A DNA stretch of 64,000 bases, taken from NCBI GenBank assembly GCA_963716395.1, contig OY970309.1, positions 864,001-928,000 on the forward strand, in the 5' to 3' direction. The translations under genes and the position numbers were made by a program. The DNA is from an uncultured Fibrobacteria bacterium. GTDB taxonomy: Bacteria; Fibrobacterota; Fibrobacteria; UBA11236. The notes beneath the pieces are model-generated. The model had not been told where the DNA came from. It did not search any database and saw nothing but the letters and a program-made list of their open reading frames with translations. Position 1 is the stretch's first letter, and each line of letters opens with the position of its first letter. Below are positions 17,718 to 27,759 of the stretch, one piece after another.

Positions 17718-18842
17718 ATGGAAAAATCGCGTTGGGCCGCCATCGTCGCGTGCGGAATTGCCACAGCGCTTCCGCAAGCCATCCGTTGCCCGTCCTTATT
17801 GAATGAACAAATCTTTCCCGCCGACAACGCCTGGCATTACGACATCTCGCAATTTCCCCTCGCGCCGAATTCCGACAGCCTGGTGGCTTGGGTGGGCGCA
17901 AGCACCGATCTCCATCCCGATTTCGGAACCGTATATCTCGGCGCGCCCAACGGCATCCCCTACAACACGGTGGGCGCGGGCGCCGCGAAAGTCCCCATCC
18001 AATTCACGGCCTATGGGAACGAAAGCGATCCGGGCCCGTATCCGATTCCGCCGGACGCCTTTATCGAAGGCGGATCGCAAAGCACCGGGGATCGCCACGT
18101 CTTGGTGGTCGACACCTCGGCCCACATGCTCTACGAACTCGACAACGCCTTTCCCCAGAACTCGGGTTGGAGTGCGGATTGCGGCGCGGTGTTCAATTTA
18201 CGGTCGGATTCGCTGCGGCCCGCCACCTGGACTTCGGCCGACGCCGCCGGCCTTCCCATTCTGGCCGGCTTGGTGCGCTATGACGAAACCGAGATCCGGG
18301 GAGAGATCGATCACGCCCTGCGCATGACGGCGGAGTTTACCCAACATCGCTTCTTATTTCCGGCCCGCCATCAGGCGGGTAACACCAGCGATACCAACGC
18401 CCCGTCGATGGGCCAGCGCTTCCGCCTCAAGGCGGGTTTCGACACCACGGGGTTTCCCGCCTCGGTGCAGCCCATTTTGCGGGCCATGAAGAAGTATGGT
18501 CTCATCGTGGCCGACAATGGCAGCAACTGGTACTTCTCCGGCGCGCCCGACGATCGCTGGTCCGACGACGATCTCAACTCGCTGAAGCAACTGCAGGGCT
18601 CCGACTTCGAGGCCGTGCTTTCGGTCGACGCCGCGGGCAACCCTATCCGCCCCGCGGCTGTGCGCGCCGACTACAGCCTGCGCCCCCGTATGCGCGCCCC
18701 GGGTCTGGCCTTGCTCCTGGGACACGACGCCCGCCTCACCGGCGCGGAAATCGAATCGCTGCTGGGCCGGCGCGGATATGCAACCGGCGAAGGTGTGGCC
18801 GTGCTGCCGGCGCCCGCCCTTCGATCGCTTCCGTCGCCTTAA
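17718..18842 (+). CDS. Conserved secreted hypothetical protein
   Basis: Signal peptide; GIPYN, ESDPGPYPIP, GDRHVLVVD, SADAAGLP, YGLIVADNGS motifs of a widespread uncharacterised family; C-terminal SLLGR. Confidence 0.8.
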   Translation: MEKSRWAAIVACGIATALPQAIRCPSLLNEQIFPADNAWHYDISQFPLAPNSDSLVAWVGASTDLHPDFGTVYLGAPNGIPYNTVGAGAAKVPIQFTAYGNESDPGPYPIPPDAFIEGGSQSTGDRHVLVVDTSAHMLYELDNAFPQNSGWSADCGAVFNLRSDSLRPATWTSADAAGLPILAGLVRYDETEIRGEIDHALRMTAEFTQHRFLFPARHQAGNTSDTNAPSMGQRFRLKAGFDTTGFPASVQPILRAMKKYGLIVADNGSNWYFSGAPDDRWSDDDLNSLKQLQGSDFEAVLSVDAAGNPIRPAAVRADYSLRPRMRAPGLALLLGHDARLTGAEIESLLGRRGYATGEGVAVLPAPALRSLPSP

Positions 18843-18900
18843 GACCGGGCTTGCGCGGCCGGCGCGTATGCGGTTAAGTTTCAGACGCAAAGGGGTACAC

Positions 18901-19137
18901 ATGGGTTACCGGGGATCTTCCAATTACGACGAACGCGACAAGTTGTTCGAACGCAGCCAACGGGAAAAACCGATACAACACACACAAATCAAAAAAGACT
19001 TGGAAAATTTGTTTCATAAACCCAAGGTCGTCGATTTGTGCACCAAGGGGCACGCCTGGATTCGCGATTGGGACGGCCAATACAAGTGCGTCCGTTGCAA
19101 AACCCCGAAACCCGCGTCTTCTTTTCCGAAAGCCTAG
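18901..19137 (+). CDS. Small putative zinc-finger protein (78 aa)
   Basis: ATG at 18901 after an AAGGGG RBS; C-terminal CTKGH...CVRC. Confidence 0.7.
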   Translation: MGYRGSSNYDERDKLFERSQREKPIQHTQIKKDLENLFHKPKVVDLCTKGHAWIRDWDGQYKCVRCKTPKPASSFPKA

Positions 19138-19830
19138 ATGCGACGCGGCGCGTGGGCGCAAACGGCCCGCCAATTGGCGGCGCCGGGGCTTATGCTGCAG
19201 GCTTTGGCCATCGGCGCGGTGGTGGCCTATTATTTTCTGGCGCCCTGGCGGCAATGGCTGACGGAACTCTCGGCCTGGCGGGCCGAGTTCGGGCTGGGAT
19301 TCAGCCTCGTTTCCACCGCACTGTGCGGCGGACTCTTTCCCTTCGCCTATCTGCATGCACGGGCCGACACGCGCGCCGCCAATCCCATGCGGCACCTTTG
19401 GTTCCATCTTTCCTTCTGGGGCTATAAGGGACTTGAGGTCGATTTGTTCTACCGCTTTCAGGCCTGGCTGTTCGGCGGCCGGCCCGGCGTGGCCACCGTC
19501 TTCCGCAAGGTCTTCCTCGATCAAATGGTGTATACGCCGTTCTGGTCCATTCCCATCATGTTGATCGCCTATCGCTGGAAAGAAGCAGGATTCCAAAGCG
19601 CCGGGTTTTTCCGCACCGACTGGCGGCTGCTGGCGCGGCAAGCCTATCCGCCCGCGGTTTTGTCGTGCTGGCTGGTGTGGATTCCCGCCGTGGCCGCGGT
19701 GTACAGCCTGCCGCTGCCCCTACAAATTCCGCTGTTTAACCTGGAGCTGTGTTTTTGGACCTTATTGTTCACCAGGTTAACGCAACCCGGGGAAACGGCC
19801 TCCGGAAGGATTGCGGTAAAAGTTGTATAA
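19138..19830 (+). CDS. Mpv17/PMP22 family membrane protein
   Basis: Several TM helices; KVFLDQMVYTPFW and WLVWIPAVAAVYSLPLPLQ. Confidence 0.75.
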   Translation: MRRGAWAQTARQLAAPGLMLQALAIGAVVAYYFLAPWRQWLTELSAWRAEFGLGFSLVSTALCGGLFPFAYLHARADTRAANPMRHLWFHLSFWGYKGLEVDLFYRFQAWLFGGRPGVATVFRKVFLDQMVYTPFWSIPIMLIAYRWKEAGFQSAGFFRTDWRLLARQAYPPAVLSCWLVWIPAVAAVYSLPLPLQIPLFNLELCFWTLLFTRLTQPGETASGRIAVKVV

Positions 19831-19837
19831 CCAAGGC

Positions 19838-20647
19838 ATGCCGGCGGACTTCGACTTCCTGATGCGTCGCCTATGGTGCGACTACGCCGCGCTGAATCCG
19901 CAGGCGGCGCGCATCCATGCCTTGCTTTCGGCCCGCGGCGAAACCGTTGTCAACGATCACATCGCCTTCCGCACCTTGGATACGCCCGCGGTCGGCCTCG
20001 ACGCGCTTTCGCGGGTCTTTCTGCGCTTCGGCTATGCCTTCGGCGGCGCCTACGACTTTCCCGATCGGCACGTGCGCGCCGTGCATCTGCAGCATGCCGA
20101 CGCAGCCCGGCCCAAAATCTTCCTCAGCGAATTGCTCGCCTCCGCCCTGCCGGCGGGGCTGCACTCCATCCTGCTCGGCCTGCTCAATCAAATCTCCCCG
20201 GCCTTTCTCGCGGATCCGTTTTGGTGCGCCGCCGGCCGGCCCTGGAACCTCGCGCGCGCCGATTACGAAGCCCTGGCGCGCGCCAGCGAATATGCGGCCT
20301 GGTTGGCGGCCTTCGGCTTTGGCGCCAACCATTTCACGGTTTCGGCCAATGCGCTGCACACCTTCGCGTCGCTGCGGGAACTCAATGCTTTTCTGCAAGC
20401 CCAAGGCTTCGCGCTGAACGCCGACGGCGGCGAGATCAAGGGCGGCCCGGAGGTGTACCTGGAGCAAAGCTCCACCTTGGCGCCCGCGGTACGCGTCGGT
20501 TTTGCTGATGAGACGGCCGACATTCCCGGGTGCTATTACGAATTCGCCCTGCGCCACCGGCTGCCGTCGGGCGCCCGGTTTGAAGGATTCGTGGCCTATA
20601 GCGCGGCGCGCATTTTCACCAGCACCGATCGGCGCACCGCCGCCTAG
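19838..20647 (+). CDS. DUF1338 family protein (HglS-like 2-oxoadipate dioxygenase/decarboxylase family)
   Basis: VVNDHIAFRT, PKIFLSEL, SEYAAW, ANHFTVS, LEQSST, YYEFA, ARIFTST. Confidence 0.85.
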   Translation: MPADFDFLMRRLWCDYAALNPQAARIHALLSARGETVVNDHIAFRTLDTPAVGLDALSRVFLRFGYAFGGAYDFPDRHVRAVHLQHADAARPKIFLSELLASALPAGLHSILLGLLNQISPAFLADPFWCAAGRPWNLARADYEALARASEYAAWLAAFGFGANHFTVSANALHTFASLRELNAFLQAQGFALNADGGEIKGGPEVYLEQSSTLAPAVRVGFADETADIPGCYYEFALRHRLPSGARFEGFVAYSAARIFTSTDRRTAA

Positions 20648-20747
20648 TAGCGGCAGCCTTCGCCTCGCCGCGTGTAACTTCAAGTTTGGAAAGTAGGGTT
20701 TTCGAAACCCGCTTTCCGCGGCTATTTTTCAGGTCTCGGGGCAAACT

Positions 20748-20963
20748 ATGGATCGAAGCCAAATCATGGAGCGGGGACTGAACGTGGTATTTTTCGGCGC
20801 AGCCTTGTTCCTGCTTTTCGTCACGGTGTTGGTGTGGCGTGCGGCGGTGCAGATACGCGCCATGCGTCACCGGCTCGAAGAGCTGCGCCGCACCCTGCAG
20901 CGTCAGCAGACGCGCGATCTGGAAGCGGTTTCCGGCGTCGACGATTGGGTACCGCGCCGGTAA
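20748..20963 (+). CDS. Possible small membrane protein
   Basis: One TM helix and a basic coiled tail; overlaps the 3' end of the convergent gene by about 60 nt. Confidence 0.4.
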   Translation: MDRSQIMERGLNVVFFGAALFLLFVTVLVWRAAVQIRAMRHRLEELRRTLQRQQTRDLEAVSGVDDWVPRR

Positions 20964-21973
20964 CGTAGCCAGCCGTGTTCGCGGGCCAGGGCCCAGGCCC
21001 AGCAGGTTGCAGCCACGCCGAGCAGCACGGTATCGCCCAGCCAGGCCGTGTGCAAAGGCTGCATGCCGAAGCGCACCACGATGAGCGCCAGCAAAAACAA
21101 ATGCAGGATATAAGCCCCCAAGGCATGGCGGCCCAAGGCGAAAAACCGCCGGCACCAGGCTTCTGGCAGACGCACCCAGCGCCCCAGCCCCAGCGTCGCG
21201 ACATGCGCGCCCAGACATTGCAACGCCAGTAGCGGCCGCAAGTTGTAGTAGCCGACGTGGAGCGGGGCGCCGCGCCCGAACAGCGGCGGCGCCAGCAGGC
21301 GGGCCGCGTCGCTGCGGCCCAGCGGCGCGGTAAACAGCGGCTCCCATCCGTAGCGGTAGGGCAGATACAAGGCGGCCGCCAGGCCGGGCAGTATCAGCCA
21401 GGTTACGATGCGGGGCGCGCGTTGCGCCGCCAACCCCCACAACGCGCCCGCCAAGGTAAAGAGCAGAAGCGGGAACCACGGGCTGTCCCCCGATACCCAG
21501 AGAAAGGGGTGGCCGCCGACGCGGTCGATGGCGCAAAACGCCGCGACGCCGAACGCCAGCGCTGCGCCCAGCCACCAGGCCGGCCGTCGCCGGCGCACAA
21601 GTAAGCCGACGCCCAAAATGCCAAAGGCAATGGTGCATAGAATGCCGCTGGAAACCAGGACGTCGGGCCAGCGCACGTTTTCTTCCAGGGAAAAAAACAC
21701 CGCGGAAATCAGCCACAATCCCACCGCCCGTCGTGCCTGGCGGCGATACCAAGCGCCGGCGTCCGGCGCTTTGGCGAGCGAATAGGTGAGCGAAACACCC
21801 ACCAGCATGAGGAACAAGGTGGGAATCAGGGGTTCGAACAAAAGCGCGTCATAGCACCAGGCGGGGCGGATCGCGAAAGAAATCATGCGGCTGGTATGCG
21901 ACGACATCATGCCCAACACCGCCAAGGTGCGCAAAGCGTCGAGGCCCGGTTCGCGCCGCGCCGCCCCGGTCAT
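20903..21973 (-). CDS. Membrane acyltransferase-like protein (HGSNAT/DUF1624-like)
   Basis: N-terminal LDALRTLAVLGMMSSH; FLMLVGVSL; C-terminal LGRHALGAYILH; many TM helices. Confidence 0.75.
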   Translation of the reverse strand: MTGAARREPGLDALRTLAVLGMMSSHTSRMISFAIRPAWCYDALLFEPLIPTLFLMLVGVSLTYSLAKAPDAGAWYRRQARRAVGLWLISAVFFSLEENVRWPDVLVSSGILCTIAFGILGVGLLVRRRRPAWWLGAALAFGVAAFCAIDRVGGHPFLWVSGDSPWFPLLLFTLAGALWGLAAQRAPRIVTWLILPGLAAALYLPYRYGWEPLFTAPLGRSDAARLLAPPLFGRGAPLHVGYYNLRPLLALQCLGAHVATLGLGRWVRLPEAWCRRFFALGRHALGAYILHLFLLALIVVRFGMQPLHTAWLGDTVLLGVAATCWAWALAREHGWLRYRRGTQSSTPETASRSRVC

Positions 21974-23985
21974 GGCGCCGCCCCTGCCTGTGCTACGTAC
22001 TGGCGCACGCCGTTCAGGTAATCCCGGGTATTGGCGTAGCGCGTAAACCCCCAATGCCGCCAGCCTTCGACGATCACCGGTAACATCAAGGTGTCTCCCG
22101 GCATCAAGGAATCGAGCGCGCGGCCCGGATTATGTTTGAGGAACAGCCAATAGGGAATGTCGTGATCCTGGGCGAAGCTCCAGATATTCAGGCCGCGCGT
22201 GACCACCAGCGGCTCCAGCGAGTCCACGTGGTAGCGGGAATAGAAATCCTCCTCGCGGCCGCGAAAGTATTCTTCGCGGCGGCGCAGAAAAACAGCGGCG
22301 GCGGCCGAATCCATCCGCAGATGCAAGACGCGACCAATGTGGAAATCATGCCGCCGCAGATGGTTCTCGCGCCGGATTTCGGCGCCGTACAGACCACTCC
22401 AATCGGAGAAATGCGACAGGGTTTCTTCGGGGCCGACCCGCACCGTGAGCACGCCGTCGGCGTATTGATGCTCGAGATGGTAAACCGTCGGGTCGAAGCG
22501 ATCCCAGGGATGGGCCACTGTTTCCCAATCGGAAAGTTGCAGGGCAAAAGCCGAATCCACGTCGATTTCCGAAGGAGGAACCGGGGGCGGGGGCGGCGGT
22601 GGCGACGGCGCGGGCGGCGGTGGCGCCGGGGGTGCCAGCGCCTCGGATTGCGAGGCATAGCGCGGGACCAGCGCCGGAGACGACGGCGTCGATGGACGCA
22701 GATAGGTTTGCCGTTTCACGGGAGCGGCGGGCGGAGCCGCCGCCGCCAGAGTCGGCTGGGCGCGCGCTTTGTCCGCCACCGTGGTCGCGGGCGGCGTCAC
22801 CGGCTTGCGCGCGGCCAGGGCCAACCGCGCGGCTGCGAGATGGGCGGCCAGAGCGGTCGTGTCGATGTGCAGGGGCAGCCGCAGATGGTAGCCCTTGGGA
22901 AGCCAGGCGCCGTTGCGGAAAATCGACGGGCGCAAAGCCAGATTGAATTGTTCGAGGTCGGCGAGCGAAAGACCCGCGCCGTCGGCCACGGCTCGGGTCG
23001 ATACGGGTTTGGACGGCGTCCAGATCTGGAAGGCCAGGGGCGTCCACTTCTGCAGATGGGGAAATAAACTGTCGGCCAGCATAGCCAGGCTCGAAGCCGC
23101 CAAAAATTCGGCGTAAAAGTTGCGTGAAGCAAACCCGAAGGTGTTGGAGTAATAGCTTTGCAGAATGGTGCCCATGTCGGTCGTGTGCGTGACGGCCACG
23201 GCCTTGGCCACGCCTTCAGGCCCGTGGTTGTAGGCCATCACGGCGAGCGGCCAATTCTTGACGATCCCGTAACAGCGCGACAGCATCTGCGCCGCCGCCG
23301 CGGTCGACACCAGCGGATCGCGGCGCTCGTCGATGTAATAGCCGACCTTCAGGAATTTCCGGCCGGTCGATTTCATGAATTGCCACATGCCCGCTGCGCC
23401 CACACGCGAATAGGCATCGGGATGAAAAGACGATTCCACATGCGGCAGATATTGCAAGCGGCCGGGCACGCCGGCGGCGGCGAATATCGAATCGATGAGG
23501 GGCAGGTAGCGGTAGGATCGCTCCAACCCCTGCACGAAGCGATCGCGCAAGCCCCGTTGAAACCGCACCCGCTGCGCGCACAGTTCGATGGCCGTGCTGT
23601 CCCATTCCGGCGGAATCAGGGCATGCAGCCGCCGCTGCTCGGCGGTCCACTGCGTCGTGTCGCGGTGCTCCAGGGCGCGGAGATCCGCTTGCAGGCTGCG
23701 CAATGCGGTCTGCACGGAGCGCCGCCCCTCGGCGGCCGGAGCCGCCACCTTGCGGAACAGGATGGACGGATACATGGGATCATGCAGCCAGCCTTCGTCC
23801 GCGCTGGTGTGCCAGTAAATTTCCACCCAAAAGCGCGCCTGCTGCCGCACGTAGGCGTCGGCGGGAAAGGTATCGTCGACCACCAGCGGCAGTCCGTTTA
23901 AATCCAAGACTTTGCGGTTTTGACTATGCGCGGCCGCGACGGCCAGGGCGCAGAGGCAGAAGAATACGCGCAGGCCGCGACTCAA
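21970..23985 (-). CDS. MltD-like lytic transglycosylase with LysM-like domains
   Basis: LPHVESSF (catalytic Glu), GAAGMWQFM, DERRDP, AYNHG, FGFASRNFYAEFLA. TTG start overlaps the upstream stop (TTGA) and is followed by a signal peptide. Confidence 0.9.
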   Translation of the reverse strand: MSRGLRVFFCLCALAVAAAHSQNRKVLDLNGLPLVVDDTFPADAYVRQQARFWVEIYWHTSADEGWLHDPMYPSILFRKVAAPAAEGRRSVQTALRSLQADLRALEHRDTTQWTAEQRRLHALIPPEWDSTAIELCAQRVRFQRGLRDRFVQGLERSYRYLPLIDSIFAAAGVPGRLQYLPHVESSFHPDAYSRVGAAGMWQFMKSTGRKFLKVGYYIDERRDPLVSTAAAAQMLSRCYGIVKNWPLAVMAYNHGPEGVAKAVAVTHTTDMGTILQSYYSNTFGFASRNFYAEFLAASSLAMLADSLFPHLQKWTPLAFQIWTPSKPVSTRAVADGAGLSLADLEQFNLALRPSIFRNGAWLPKGYHLRLPLHIDTTALAAHLAAARLALAARKPVTPPATTVADKARAQPTLAAAAPPAAPVKRQTYLRPSTPSSPALVPRYASQSEALAPPAPPPPAPSPPPPPPPVPPSEIDVDSAFALQLSDWETVAHPWDRFDPTVYHLEHQYADGVLTVRVGPEETLSHFSDWSGLYGAEIRRENHLRRHDFHIGRVLHLRMDSAAAAVFLRRREEYFRGREEDFYSRYHVDSLEPLVVTRGLNIWSFAQDHDIPYWLFLKHNPGRALDSLMPGDTLMLPVIVEGWRHWGFTRYANTRDYLNGVRQYVAQAGAAP

Positions 23986-25160
23986 TCGGCATCCGGCGCG
24001 GCTTCGGCGCCGCCTTCCTCCTCGTGGCCGTGACCGTCGCCCTCTTCGGGGGCGGGTTTGGCGTCGCTTTCGGATTTCATGACCGAGGGGTTGAACTCCA
24101 TGCGCCGGGCTTCTTTGGTTTCTCCCAACCGGAGAATCTCGGCGCAATCATCGCAATAACCCAGTTCGCGATCAATGGTGAAGCGCGGCGACACCGGATT
24201 GATTCCGCATTTGGTGCACATCTGCGGTTTCACGGCATTGCGTTTCACGAAGAACTGATGCTCCAATTCGCGTTCGATGCGCTCCACCAATTCTTCGGGG
24301 CTTTCTTCGGCGGTGGTTCCCTTGCGGCGCGATTGGATGTCGAGCGGCGCGGGATTGGCCAAGGACTTGTCGCCCCGCTTGATCACGCGCTCGGTGCCGG
24401 GCTTGACCTCGAAGAAAAATATTTTGGGCGGACGCTTCAGGGCCGGATCCAGGCCGAAAATTTCCCATTCGTTGGCCGCGGTCTTTACCGCCGCGGTTTT
24501 TTTCCCGTCGGCCGCGGTCGGAAGCGGCGCGGGGTTGGCCGGTTTGGAGGACTTGGATTTGGGGTCGGCGGGTTTGGATTTCGGATCGGCTTTTTTCGCG
24601 GCGGCGGGTTTGGCCTCGGATTTGGTTTTCGCCTCGACAGCTTTGGGTGGAGTTTTCCCCTCTCCTGCTTTCACCGGCACCGCCGGTTTTGCGGCCGGGG
24701 AAGCCTTGCCTGCCTTCGGCTTGGCGGCCTCGGTGGAAGCGGTCGCAGGTTTGCCCGGTTTAGCCGCCGGCGGCTTGGCTTTGCCGGCGCTGTTCTTGCC
24801 TTCCTCGGCGGGGGCCTTCGCGGGTTTGCCCGCTTTCGCCGCCGGTTTGGACTTTTCCGCGCCGGGTTTGGCGGCGACTTTCGATGAGGACGCCGTTTTT
24901 TTCTCCGGCGGGTTTTTAGCGGGCGGGACTTTTTTTGCGGTCACAGGCTTTTTCGCTTTGCCCGAGTCGGGCGGTTTGGGAGCGGAGGCTTTTTTCGGCT
25001 TGACCGCGGCGGTTTTTTTCTTCGCAGCCGGCGTCTTCGCCGGCGCAGATTTCTTTACTTGACTTTTTGGGGCGGCGGCGGGCTTGCTTTCAGGCGCCTT
25101 TTGGAGCGCTTTATTGTGCGCCTTTTCGCGTTTCTTCTTTTTCTTTTTCGAATCTCCCAT
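23982..25160 (-). CDS. Histone-H1-like Lys/Ala/Pro-rich protein with a C-terminal C4 zinc finger
   Basis: About 230 aa of K/A/P low complexity, then a globular part with CTKC-x17-CDDC and an acidic tail. Confidence 0.8.
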   Translation of the reverse strand: MGDSKKKKKKREKAHNKALQKAPESKPAAAPKSQVKKSAPAKTPAAKKKTAAVKPKKASAPKPPDSGKAKKPVTAKKVPPAKNPPEKKTASSSKVAAKPGAEKSKPAAKAGKPAKAPAEEGKNSAGKAKPPAAKPGKPATASTEAAKPKAGKASPAAKPAVPVKAGEGKTPPKAVEAKTKSEAKPAAAKKADPKSKPADPKSKSSKPANPAPLPTAADGKKTAAVKTAANEWEIFGLDPALKRPPKIFFFEVKPGTERVIKRGDKSLANPAPLDIQSRRKGTTAEESPEELVERIERELEHQFFVKRNAVKPQMCTKCGINPVSPRFTIDRELGYCDDCAEILRLGETKEARRMEFNPSVMKSESDAKPAPEEGDGHGHEEEGGAEAAPDAD

Positions 25161-25177
25161 CACTCCCGCCCGCTGCC

Positions 25178-25729
25178 TTATGGCTTTTTCACTTCCGTGA
25201 TCTTAACGGACAAAATGGGATCGCCTTTTTCGATGCGCGTCAAGACGTCGAAGCCGGAGATCAATTTTCCGAAAATCGTGTTTTTGCCGTTGAGGAATTT
25301 CTGGGGCATTTCGCAAATGAAAAATTGCGATCCGCCCGAATTGGGTCCGGCATTGGCCATAGAAAGCGTGCCGGCTTCGTGTGTGAGCGTGGAGGAAAGC
25401 TCATCGGGAATGGTGTATCCCGGGCCGCCCGTACCGTCGCCGTTGGGGTCGCCGCCCTGCACGACGAAACCCTGAATCACCCGGTGAAAGGTGAGGCCGT
25501 TGTAGAAACCTGTATCGGCCAAATGGATGAAGTTGGCCACGGTATTGGGGGCATCCTTGAAAAACAGTTCGAACTTCATGGTGCCTTCGGAAGTCGTGAT
25601 CTCCGCGAAAATCTGCTTGGTGTGGGAATAATCGCGGTGGAAAAGGCGGGGTTTAAGTTGGGCGAATGCGGTCAGCGGCAACACCACCGACAGCGCGATG
25701 AAAATTTTCGCCACGGACAATCCTTTCAT
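25178..25729 (-). CDS. Cyclophilin-type peptidyl-prolyl isomerase (exported)
   Basis: FYNGLTFHRVIQGFVVQGGDP, LSMANAGPNSGGSQFFI; signal peptide. Confidence 0.95.
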   Translation of the reverse strand: MKGLSVAKIFIALSVVLPLTAFAQLKPRLFHRDYSHTKQIFAEITTSEGTMKFELFFKDAPNTVANFIHLADTGFYNGLTFHRVIQGFVVQGGDPNGDGTGGPGYTIPDELSSTLTHEAGTLSMANAGPNSGGSQFFICEMPQKFLNGKNTIFGKLISGFDVLTRIEKGDPILSVKITEVKKP

Positions 25730-25871
25730 GGAACTCCCCTCACAGCCGGGCCCTATTTCCCGTCGGAAAAATGAATCCTTAATATCTACAAAAATCGCAA
25801 GGCCTCGATGCGGCCGGGGGCTCGAAATACCGGCGCGCCGCGAAGATGGCGCCATTCCATTTTAGGTAACT

Positions 25872-27707
25872 TTGACCCCCTTCGAGGAGCCTGCCATTTT
25901 GCTGCGTCCGGATTCCGACCGCCTCCGCAATTTCTGCATCATCGCGCATATCGACCATGGAAAGTCGACCTTGGCGGATCGCATGCTCGAGATCACCGGC
26001 ACGGTGACCCCGAAGCAAATGCAGAACCAGGTGCTCGACGACATGGATTTGGAGCGCGAACGCGGCATCACCATCAAGTCGCACGCCATTCGCATGCGTT
26101 ATGAATATCACGAACAGGAATATTGGCTCAACCTGATCGACACGCCGGGACATGTCGATTTCACCTACGAAGTCTCGCGCAGCCTGGCGGCCTGCGAAGG
26201 CGCGGTGCTGGTGGTCGACTCCACCCAGGGCATCGAGGCGCAAACCCTGAGCAACCTGTATCTGGCGCTGGGCCACAATCTGACCCTGATACCGATTCTG
26301 AACAAAATCGATTTGCCCTCGGCGCATCCCGACGACATCGCCCGGAATCTGGGTGAACTCCTGGGTTACGATCCGGATCGCATCCTCCGCGTTTCGGCCA
26401 AAGAAGGCATCGGTGTGCGCGCGCTGCTCGACCGCATCGTCGAAGACGTACCCCCGCCGACCGGCGACCGCGCCGCACCCGCGCGGGCCCTCATCTTCGA
26501 TTCCAAATTCGATTCGTACCGCGGCGCCATCGCCTACGTGCGCGTGTTCGACGGCGTGCTGGAACAAAAAGCCCCCATCCGCCTGTGGGCCACGGAAAAG
26601 GATTTCGAGATCACCGAACTCGGGGTGCTGGCGTTGGAGCGCATTCCCACCCAGGCCCTGGCGGCGGGCGAGGTCGGCTACGTGGTCGCCAACATCAAAA
26701 ACGTGCGCGACACCAAAATCGGCGACACCATCGTGGATCGCCGCCGGCTGCCGGCCGGGCCGCTGCAAGGCTACCAGGAAATCAAACCCATGGTGTTCGC
26801 CGGCATCTATCCGGTCGACAGCGAAGACTTCGAAGACCTGCGCGATGCGCTGGAAAGGCTCGCCCTCAACGATTCGGCGCTGTCGTGGCAGCCCGAAACC
26901 TCGCAGGCCCTGGGGTTCGGCTACCGCGTCGGCTTTCTCGGGCTTTTGCACATGGAGGTGGTGCGCGAACGCCTGGATCGCGAATTCAACATGAACGTCA
27001 TCTCCACCGTGCCCAATGTGGAGTACCACGTCAAACTGCCGCATGACCGCATCCTGACCATCGAAAACCCCAGCAAGCTGCCCGATGCCGGTCATTACGA
27101 AGGCATCGAAGAACCATTCGTCAAGTCCCACGTCATCGTGCCCAAAGATTATGTGGGGGGCATCATGAAGCTGGCCGAGGAAAAACGCGGCATTTTCGCG
27201 CACATGGAGTATCTCACCCCCGACAAGGTCGACCTCACCTATGAGTTCCCGTTGGGCGAAATCATGTTCGATTTTTTCGACAAGATGAAGTCGGCCAGCA
27301 AGGGTTACGCCTCATTCGATTACGAGCCCATCGGGTACCGCGAAAGCAATCTGGTCAAACTCGATATTCTGCTCAACGGCGATCCCGTGGATGCCTTTTC
27401 GGTGATCATCCATCGCGACAAGGCCTATCATTGGGGCAGCGCCCTGTGCTCCAAGCTCAAAGAATTGATTCCGCAGCAGTTGTTCGAAGTGGCCATTCAG
27501 GCTGCCATCGGGGGGCGCGTTATCGCGCGCAGCACGGTGAAAGCCCTGCGTAAGAACGTGACGGCCAAATGCTACGGCGGCGACATTACCCGCAAGCGCA
27601 AGTTGCTGGATAAGCAGAAGGAAGGCAAGAAGCGCATGAAGGCCGTGGGCACGGTGGAAATTCCGCAGGAGGCTTTTCTGGCCGTGCTGTCGATGGATCA
27701 GGATTAA
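25872..27707 (+). CDS. lepA: Translation elongation factor 4
   Basis: [43 protein letters not shown]. Confidence 0.98.
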   Translation: MTPFEEPAILLRPDSDRLRNFCIIAHIDHGKSTLADRMLEITGTVTPKQMQNQVLDDMDLERERGITIKSHAIRMRYEYHEQEYWLNLIDTPGHVDFTYEVSRSLAACEGAVLVVDSTQGIEAQTLSNLYLALGHNLTLIPILNKIDLPSAHPDDIARNLGELLGYDPDRILRVSAKEGIGVRALLDRIVEDVPPPTGDRAAPARALIFDSKFDSYRGAIAYVRVFDGVLEQKAPIRLWATEKDFEITELGVLALERIPTQALAAGEVGYVVANIKNVRDTKIGDTIVDRRRLPAGPLQGYQEIKPMVFAGIYPVDSEDFEDLRDALERLALNDSALSWQPETSQALGFGYRVGFLGLLHMEVVRERLDREFNMNVISTVPNVEYHVKLPHDRILTIENPSKLPDAGHYEGIEEPFVKSHVIVPKDYVGGIMKLAEEKRGIFAHMEYLTPDKVDLTYEFPLGEIMFDFFDKMKSASKGYASFDYEPIGYRESNLVKLDILLNGDPVDAFSVIIHRDKAYHWGSALCSKLKELIPQQLFEVAIQAAIGGRVIARSTVKALRKNVTAKCYGGDITRKRKLLDKQKEGKKRMKAVGTVEIPQEAFLAVLSMDQD

Positions 27708-27716
27708 ACCAAAGAA

Positions 27717-27734
27717 GCCGCCCGTGAGGGCGGC
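27717..27734. terminator. Terminator hairpin between convergent genes
   Basis: GCCGCCC-GTGA-GGGCGGC; TTCTTT tail on the minus strand. Confidence 0.6.
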
Positions 27735-27759
27735 CTCTGACCCGATCTCCTATCCGAAC

